64,000 nt of DNA, from contig JABVCE010000014.1 of assembly GCA_014905635.1 (NCBI GenBank), positions 744,001 to 808,000 on the forward strand, in the 5' to 3' direction. The position numbers and the translations under genes are program-made. The notes below the pieces were generated by a model. It saw nothing but the letters and a program-made list of their open reading frames with translations. It made no database searches and was not told the origin of the DNA. The DNA comes from Scenedesmus sp. PABB004 (Eukaryota). Shown here one piece after another: positions 56,081 to 64,000 of this stretch (its first letter is position 1; each line of letters starts with the position of its first letter).

Positions 56081-58498
56081 ATGGAGCCCGGCGATGCGGT
56101 GAGCACGTATCATGGGCGGACGCCAGCGGCCGGCGGCCGGCGGCGGCGCGGGGGCCGTGCGCGCGCCGCTGCGTGCGCCCCCGCGCCCGTGGCCGCCCCC
56201 GCGCGAGCCAGCGCCGCACCCCCGCCGACTGCGCGCCTGACCCTCCCTGTGCCGCCCCGGTCACGAGCCGCAGGGCGCGTCGCCCTTTGCGCGGCTGCCG
56301 GCGGAGGTGCTGTCGCGCGTGCTGGCGGCGCTGGACCTGCCCGAGCGCCTGGGCGTCGCCGCGCTCGTGTGCCGCGCCTGGGCCGACGCGGCGGCCGCGG
56401 CCAGCAGGGACGTGTGCATAGAGCTTGGCGAGGCCGACAGTACGGCCGAGCGCGCCGTCGCGCTCAGCAGCTGGCTGGCGGGGCGCGGGCGCGGCGTGAC
56501 CAGCCTGGACGTGACCGGCGGCTACGTGGTGCAGTTGAAGCTGCCGCTGCCGCTGGCCCAGCTGCGCAGCCTGTTGTGCTATTGCATGGACGTGGCGCTG
56601 CGCGGCGACGACGGCGGCGGCGGCGACGCCCCGCTGCCTGCGCTGACCCGTCTGGACATGGACGAGTGCACCTTCCCCGCTGCCCTGCTGTGCCGCGGCC
56701 TGCGCCAGCTGCGTCTGAACTACTGCATAGGGGCATCGTCTGAAGAGGTGCTGGCGGCGCTGCCGCGCATGCCGGCGCTGACAGAGCTCATCATCGCTGG
56801 CCACGCGCTCGACAGCGCCGCGCTCTCGGCCGCGGCCGCGGTGACGGGGCTGCGGCGGCTGGTGCTGTGTATGTACGGCGCACCAGGGCCAATGCACGTC
56901 CCGCCGCTGCCGCCCGCGCTCACGTGTCTGGCTTTGGACGGCCTGAAAGGCGGCGCGGCGGGCCCCGCTGCCCTCGCGCACCTCACAGGCCTGGAGTGCT
57001 TGTCCCTGCTTGAGGTCGTGCTGGTGGACCCGGCTGCAGCGTTCGCGCCGTTCACGCGCCTCATGACGCTTCATCTGCACCTGTGGTCCAGCGACAGGGC
57101 TGCCACATCGGCGCTGCTGCGCGTGCTGCCGCGCCTGGCCCGGCTGCATGGTCTGGCCCTTGACTTTGCGGCAGACCACCAGATCCTGGCCGGCTGCATC
57201 GAATCTGTCAGCAGCATCGCGGCGCTCACGCGGCTGTTGCGCCTGGTGCTGCGCGGCGACGAGTTGGCGCCCGGCGCGGCGGCGCGCCTGTTTGCGCGCA
57301 TGCTGCCGTCACTGCGTGGGCTGACCATCTCTTGCGCTGTCAGCGGGCCACGCGTGCGGCTGGCGCAGGCCAAGCTGGACGCCCTGGTCGGCGCCTGCCC
57401 CCGCCTGCGGGGGCTGAAGCTCTCGCATGCAGTCGAGCTCGGCACAAGCTGCGCGCGCCTCAGCCTGCTGAGCGAGCTGAGAGCGCTGAACCTGGCCGGC
57501 GACTGCGTGAGCGACGACGACGTGGCGCACCTGGCACGCGCGCTGCCTGTGCTGCAGGACCTCAGCGTTGTCAGCGCGCCGCGGCTGGGCGCGCTCGGCG
57601 TGGCCAGCCTGGTGGACGTCACGCGGCTGAGCCGTCTCCAACTCGCCGACTGCGGCGTGCAAGAATACTTCGACGATGATGGCGACATCGAGTTGACGTG
57701 GAAGGTGAGCGCGGCGTGCGCAGGGCGCCGCAAACGGCCACGCAACTGCCCGCTGCACGCCTGCACACGCGCGCGACCGCCCCTCGCCCGTGCCGCCGCA
57801 GGAGGAGCACGCGTGGTGGACGGTGTCGCGCCAGCTGGAGGAGCTGTGCTGCACCAACGAGGCGCTATGCAGGGCGCTGGTGGCGCGAAAAAACGCGCAG
57901 CTGGCGGCGGCGCGCGGTGAGCGGCGGCCGGCGCGGGCGCTGGGCGCCGCGCCTCGTGCCGGCGCAGGGGACAGAGCGTCTCACGCGCTGCCCGCCGCCG
58001 CCGCCGCCGCGCCCCGCAGACGCGCTGGCGGCTAGGTGGCAGCAGCAGGCCGCCGAGCTCGCGGCTGCACGTCAGTGGCTCCAACAGCAGGCCGCCGAGC
58101 TCGCGGCTGCACGTCAGTGGGGGCAACAGCTCGCCGCCGAGCTCGCGGCTGCGGGCACGAGGGAGTGGCAGCTGGCCGCGGAGCTCGCGGCTGCACGTCA
58201 GTGGGGGCAACAGCTCGCCGCCGAGCTCGCGGCCGCAGGCACGAGGGAGTGGCAGCTGGCCGCCGAGCTCGCGGCTGCACATCAGTGGGGGCAACAGCTC
58301 GCCGCCGAGCTCGCGGCCGCAGGCACGAGGGAGTGGCAGCTGGCCGCCGAGCTCGCGGCTGCACATCAGTGGGGGCAACAGCTCGCCGCCGAGCTCGCGG
58401 CCGCAGGCACGAGGGAGTGGCAGCTGGCCGCCGAGCTGGCAGCCGCGCGCGCGCTGGCAGCGGAGCTGCAGCGGCTGGGCATGGGCGCGGCCGAGTGA
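56081..58498 (+). CDS. F-box/LRR/coiled-coil gene copy 7 (intact, expanded coiled-coil tail)
   Basis: Micro-exon MEPGDA|GT, F-box and LRR exon, exon 3 [16 protein letters not shown], and exon 4 with ten AAELAAA units. Confidence 0.85.
58038..58450 (+). repeat. Coding minisatellite: 42-nt module with an 84-nt higher-order period
   Basis: [27 protein letters not shown](R/H) occurs four times, preceded by two single 14-aa units. Confidence 0.92.
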
Positions 58499-59190
58499 GC
58501 GGGGGCGAACGCAGAGGCTGGTGTGTGGCCACGGAGCGTTGCACGCCGCACGGCACGGGCAGAATCCAGGCAGCTATGCACAGACGAGGGGCCGCCCGCA
58601 GCTGGCGCGACACCCGCTCAGGCCGGCGCAATGCGTGCGAATGTGGGCGTCAGCAGCAGTTGAGCGGGCCGGCCGAGCCGGCGGGCAGGGCGCCCGCCGC
58701 CCTGGTGCGCGGCATGCCGCGGGTGCGCAGCACGCCGCGGCGCCGGCCACAGGCAATACAGAGGGGGTTCGTCGACATTCGTGCCCGCCCACCGCCCCCA
58801 TCCCATCCCAGCCCCAGCCGGCCAAGGCGCGCTGCGCGTGCGGCCGCCCGCGCGTGGGCGCCGCCCGCCGCTACCAGCACATCCCCAGTGCCGCGCTGCG
58901 TGGTGCAGCCTTCAAGTTTGATCGCTCGGCGCCGCAGCACGCACTCGCAGCCCCCACCTAGCGCAGCGCGCGGCGGCGCGCTGGCACCGCCGCGCGCGCT
59001 CGGCCGCCCGCCTGCCTGCCGGCAGGGCACCCTGCACCAGCCGCCTTCACCCTGCATCCAGCCCGGCCGCCGCCCGGCCCGGCCTCCCTCGCCGCGCTGC
59101 AGCAGGCGCGTGCCGGCGGCGCACCACGCCCCCACGCTGGCCGTGCAGCATGCCGCCGGCCCGGCAGCGCTCAGCGGGTCTCAGCGGGTC

Positions 59191-62100
59191 TCAGCGGCGC
59201 TCGTGGCGCGCGACGGCGATCATCGCCGCGTACGTCGCGGCGTGGCAGACGGCGAGGTAGCCGAGCAGGATGCCAAAGGTGTGGGTGAAGGGCCGGTCGA
59301 AGCGGTAGTACCCGAGCACCGCGTTGGTGTCGGCGACGCAGTCGGCGCCCGGGTGCTGCAGGCCGTTGACCACGAGCGGCGATTGCAGGAAGCGGCTGTT
59401 GGGCAGCATCGTGCGCAGCATCGTGAGCGACGCGGCGTCGAGCCCCGCGTCGCACTCGTACGTCATGCCCCCAAACTCGGTCACGCTGAGCCCCTCAAAC
59501 GCGTAGTACAGCGCCGACACCCAGCGCAGCGCGGTGAGCCAGCGGAAGACCACCTCGGTGAAGGTGATGAAGAAGTTGGACATGAGCAGCTGGATCGCCG
59601 TCCACACGATGCTCAGCATGAACGCGACGTCCTGGTTGGGCGCCAGGATGGCGCAGCAGTGCAGCACCTGGCGGCGGCGCGGCGGAGGTGCGGCGTTGGC
59701 GGCGGAGGCGCGTGTGGGCGGCGGGCGCGGCGGGCGGCGGCCCCGCCAGCCGCGCGCGGGGCCGGCGGCGCTGCGCTGACGGGGCGCGCCCCGCGGGGCG
59801 GCGGCGCGCGCCGCACCTGCACGGCGATGAGCGAGAGGAGCGTGGAGATGACGCCGTTCTCGATGATCGCGCGGCCGCCGGGGCGCAGGCCGGCCATGCC
59901 GTACACGGTGAAGCAAAAGACGAGCGCGGAGATGATCTGGAACGGCGTCGTCGCGGCGACCTTGGCCGCGTAGTACGCGTGCGGGCGGTAGAGCTTGGCG
60001 CTCGCGTCGGCGATGTAAAACTTCTTGTCGGCGCTGTAGAGGCTCATTGAGATGTACGGCATGAGGCAGAAGAAGGAGAGGATGTTGAAGGTCATGTTGA
60101 GGCGCCCCCGGATGCTGCTCGCGTCGCTGGGCATGCCGTAGTAGAGCAGGCCCATGAGGATGCCCACCCAGGCAAAGGTCATCGTGCGCCCCGCGACGTC
60201 GGCGGGGTTGCGCGTGATCGAGAGCAGCTCGCGGCAGTAGCACGACGCAAACTGGCGCCACCAGCCGGTCGCCCACTTGGACTGCGGCGGCGCGCCGTGC
60301 ACCTGCGCGTCCGCACTGCCCACCCGGTTGCCGAGCTGCGGCAGCTGCGAGCCGCCGGAGCTCGGAGCGATGTCGGCGCCGCGCGCGCCAACGAGCTTGT
60401 TGACGCGCGCCTGCATCTTCTGGCCGAGCGACTTGGAGCCGATCATGCTGCCGCTGCCGCCGGCAAAGGGCGCGACGCCGGCGGCGTAGCTGGCCACAAA
60501 CTCGCTGCTCGCGCGCGCCAGCTCCTCGGTGGTGGTGATGGTGTGGCCGTAGAAGCGCTTGGGCTTGTGGAAGCCGATGGCCACCAGGTCCAGCGCCCAG
60601 TCCGAGGCCACGCCGTGCAGCGCGGGGTCGTACGCGTAGCCCAGGTGCCCAAACCAGGGCACCAGGTCGTCGCGCGCGCCGTGGAACATCAGCCGCCCGC
60701 TCGCCAGCAGCGTCACCTGCACACGACGGCGGCAGCGGCGGAGGCGGACGCGGGCGCGGGTGCGCGTGCGCATCAGCGCCCGGCCGGCTGCCAGCCTGTC
60801 GCACGGGCGTCTGCTGCTGCCGCCGCTTGCTGCCGCCTGCTGCCATTGACTGCTGCAGCCGCCTGCTGCCGCCGCCGCCGCTGCCGCCGCCGTCGCGCGG
60901 CAGAGCTGCGCGCCGCACCTTGTCAAACATGGACCAGATGGCGGAGCGGGGCTGGTGGATGGAGGCAATCACCACGTGCCCGTTGTCGCGCGCCATGCGC
61001 TTCAGGTAGCCCATCACGGTCAGCGCCGAGAAGCTGTCCAGCCCGCTGGTCGGCTCGTCCAGGTACACAATGCTCGGCGCCGCCAGGATGCCCGCGGCGA
61101 TGCTGAGCCGCTTGCGCTCGCCGCCGCTGAGGCCGCGCAGCATGAGGCCGCCCGGCAGCGTGCCGCCGACCATGGTGCGGTGCTTGTGGCGCAGGCCCAT
61201 GGCCGCCAGCACCTCGGCCACGCGCGCCTTGCGGTCGGCCTTGGTCCAGGTGGAGGGCAGGATGATGTCCGCGTAAAAGGCCATCGTCTCGGCGGTCGTC
61301 ATCGTCGCGACAAAGTTGTCGTCCTGCGCGCGGCGGCGGCACACGCGGCGGCAGCGGGGAGGCGACCGCGGCGGCGCGGGCAAGTGAGCGCCGCCGCCGC
61401 CGCTGCCGGTGCTGCTGACCCAGCTGCCGCCGCTGCCACCGCTGCCGCCGCCGCCGCCACCGCCGTCGCCAGCACTGCCGCCGTCCGAGCTGCTGCTGCT
61501 GCTGCCGCTGTCGGCGCTGCCGCCGCTGCCAGCGGGCGCTGCACGCGGCGCCCGGCGCGCACCTGGGGCACGTAGGCCGTCTTGCGGATGAAGCTGCTGC
61601 CCGCGGGGCGGCCGTTGACCAGCAGGAAGCCGCTGAGGCTGCCCATGCTCTTGCGCTGCGCCAGGATGTCCATCAGCGTCGACTTGCCCGCGCCGCTCGG
61701 CCCCAGCAGCGCCTGCGCGCGGCGCCAGGCAGGCGCGCGGGCCAGTGGGCGGCGCGCGCCGGGCCGCGCAGCGCCAGCACGGCTGCAGGAGCTGTCGGCC
61801 GGCAGCCGCTGCCTCGTGCGACCGCCAGCCTGCGCTGCGCCGGCCGCGCTAGCCGCTGGCAGCCGCCCGTGCTGCGTGCGCGCGCGCTCGCGCCGCCGCC
61901 GCGCGCGCTCTCGCGCCGCTCGCGCAGCCGCTGCACCTGCATCTCGCCCGGCGCCGCAGAGCCCCAGACGTCCTGCAGCACCACCAGCTTGGCGCCGCCG
62001 ACGCTGTAGCTGCAGCAGAGCTGCTGCCACTCCAGGTGCACGCGCTCGACCTTGCTCGCCGCCTTGCTGTCGTGCGCGGCGTCGTCGTACACCTCGCTGG

Positions 62101-62570
62101 GCACGCGCGACAGGCCGCCCGGGGGCTCCGGCTCCGCCACGCAGCGGGCGTGGCCATCTGCGCGGCGGGGGCGGCCGGGGTGAGCGGGTGGGCCTCCTGG
62201 CCATTGCCCGGGCTGGCCCGCCGCCTGCCGTCGCCGCGAGCTGCCAGACCGCTCCGCGAAAGCTGCCCCAAACCTCACCCGACTTGAGGCCGCTGCTCCC
62301 GCTCGCAGAGGAGGTGCTGCGGCGCTTGGCGAGCGTGAGCACTACATCGTCGCTGCAGACCACGCCCGTCCGGCCCTCATCGCCCTCGCTGATGCGCGCC
62401 TTGGGCGCTCTGTGGCCGAAGCTCGTCCGTCGGCGCCGCCGGAAGGCCGCCAGGGGCCTGGGATCGTAGATAAGGTAGGTCTTCAGGAACCAGAAGGCAG
62501 CAAAGACGTGGGCAAACACCACCGCGGGCACCCAGAGCCCCACGATGGCCGTCTCGTGGAGCAGCGCCAT
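59191..62570 (-). CDS. ABCG (White-type) half transporter, paralogue B, inverted relative to paralogue A
   Basis: The NBD motifs match paralogue A and are near-identical at DNA level. The N-terminus ([23 protein letters not shown]) and membrane domain are diverged. Confidence 0.93.
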
Positions 62571-63125
62571 GGCCCGCCTCTCCGGCGCGGCTCAGCGCCC
62601 CGGCGCGGGCGGCGCGGCGGCCAGGGCGGGGCGCGAGGGGGCCGCCCAGTTGGCCCCGTGCCGGCTGCGCGGGGGGTGGCCTGGCGGCTGGCAGCGGCGC
62701 CCGGGAGCGGGAGAGGGAGTGTCTGAAGCTCTGAGTGGGCGCCGCCAGGGCGTCCGGGCACGGGCGGCGCCGGGAGACAACCCCCCGCGCGCGCGGTACG
62801 CGAGGTTTACCTGCCAGGCACGGGCGGGCGCCGCTCTCGCGCGCAGAGACCGCAAAATGAGCCCCCACACCTCCCGGCGGAGCGCGGTGGCGCGCCGGGC
62901 TGCTGCGGCGAAGCTGGCGCGCGGGTGCCGCGAGCGGCCACCGCGCCCGCGGGAGCGGCGCTGGCGGGCGGCCAGGGGCGCCGAACGTGCAGGCGCACGG
63001 GCCCGGCCACGCGCTGGCGGCGCCGCGGCGAGCGCGGTGTCGGCGGCGGCGGCGCGGGCGTCGGCGGCGGCGGCGCTGCTGCTGTCCGCGCGCGGTGCGG
63101 CGGTGCTCGCTCGGTCGTTGCAGAC

Positions 63126-63147
63126 ATCATCATCATCATCATCATCA
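63126..63147. repeat. (ATC)7 microsatellite
   Basis: ATCATCATCATCATCATCATC in an otherwise GC-rich intergenic region. Confidence 0.85.
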
Positions 63148-63592
63148 GCACTCTACGGACGCAAACAATACGGCCATAATGATGTGGTGTGGGGTTCGTG
63201 CACGCGCGCCCGCCGGCGCCTTTATCTCACGCTGCGCTGCGCGCAGTAGCAGCAGCGCGCTCCCGTTTATCTCGCGCACACCACGCGGGAGCAAGGACGG
63301 CCGCCACGGAAGGTGGCGCGCCGCAACAACACCGGCCAAGGGGCGCCGCCGAAGGGCGCCGCCGCGCCGGCCGCCCGGCGGCGGGCCAACATGAACACTC
63401 GCTCGCGCGCCGCACACACTCGGCACGCGCGGCGTGCGCGCCGCGCTCGCCAGCAGCGGTCACACCCGCTGCTAGAGTACACACCACCACGCGGGCCCCT
63501 CTCGGCTGCCGACCCGCGCCGCCCGCGCCAGTGGGCGCGCCGACGACTCAACCCCCCCCCCCCCTGCACGCACGCGGTACGAACAGGCCGCC

Positions 63593-64000
63593 TCAGAACA
63601 CACCGCTGCGCATGAGCAGCGTGCCCGCGGCCGCCATGACCGCGCTCAGCGCCGCCGCGGTGAGCTGCTGGCCCTCGACCGTCGCCGCGCCCTTGCGCCC
63701 CACCTCGGCCGCGAGCTGCGCGGTCAGGCCGTCGGGCTCGACGCCGTCGCGCCGCATCGCGCGCAGCAGCTCGAGCGCGCGGTCGTACAGGCCCGCGCGG
63801 TCCGCCGCCGCGACGAGCGCGTTGTAGAGGTGCACGCTCGGGGCGCGCCCCGCCGCCGCGGCGCGCGCGCGCACGCGCAGCGCCGCGCCCGCGTCGCCGG
63901 CGAGCGAGTGCGCGGCGACGAGCCCGCAGAATGCGTAGTCGCCGGGCGCCAGCCCCGCGCCCTCCATCGCGCGCACGAGCGCCTCGGCGCGCGCGGGGTC
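63593..64000 (-). CDS. Pentatricopeptide-repeat protein, 3' end (5' part lies outside the window)
   Basis: 35-aa PPR motifs: AMEGAGLAPGDYAFCGLVAAHSLAGD, PSVHLYNALVAAADRAGLYDRALELLRAMRRDGVEPD. Confidence 0.85.
   Translation of the reverse strand, partial: DPARAEALVRAMEGAGLAPGDYAFCGLVAAHSLAGDAGAALRVRARAAAAGRAPSVHLYNALVAAADRAGLYDRALELLRAMRRDGVEPDGLTAQLAAEVGRKGAATVEGQQLTAAALSAVMAAAGTLLMRSGVF

Larger units (their letters stand above)
55768..58510 (+). repeat. Repeat unit copy 7 (3' spacer absent)
   Basis: Starts at GGCGGCGGTTCTGCGCGC..CACACTCGCCGCAGCCGCC. Homology ends shortly after the stop codon. Confidence 0.75.

Noticed and set aside
58038..58450. CRISPR-like repeat array
   Set aside because: There are no unique spacers; it is an in-frame coding minisatellite in a eukaryotic gene, and no cas genes are present.
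62807..63249. Small gene upstream of ABCG-B (poly-Met or poly-Ser ORFs)
   Set aside because: The ORFs are driven by the (ATC)n repeat and resemble nothing I recognise. The region may hold 5' UTR exons of ABCG-B, which I cannot support from sequence alone.

Overview
This is extremely GC-rich, intron-dense eukaryotic nuclear DNA, most consistent with a chlorophyte green alga (Sphaeropleales-like; inferred from composition, intron style, TGTAA signals and plastid/mitochondrial-type genes). Recognisable multi-exon host genes, in order: SUGP1-like G-patch protein (-), CtpA3-like S41 protease (+), SUV3 RNA helicase (-), organellar isoleucyl-tRNA synthetase (-), CfaD/26-29p-type papain protease (+), AKR2-like STI1/ankyrin protein (-), class B acid phosphatase (-), SAM methyltransferase (+), DNA polymerase alpha catalytic subunit (+), two inverted ABCG half-transporter paralogues, and the 3' end of a PPR gene (-). 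The main discovery is a ~2.75 kb repeated unit found seven times plus one remnant between these genes. Each unit carries a 4-exon F-box/LRR/coiled-coil gene with conserved introns and a conserved non-coding spacer. Copy ends are circularly permuted or terminally redundant, and the spacer repeatedly abuts the start codon of a co-oriented host gene. The LRR beta-strand positions are hypervariable and patchwork-shuffled between copies, and the coiled-coil tail varies in exact 14-aa steps. This resembles a DNA-mobilised, combinatorially diversified receptor/E3-adaptor repertoire with no transposase in the window. Also notable: Pol alpha appears to have lost its C-terminal metal-binding cysteines, GC-AG introns are unusually frequent, and the ABCG pair shows mosaic identity. 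Exon boundaries were read by eye; most long ORFs in the supplied track are GC-driven artefacts.
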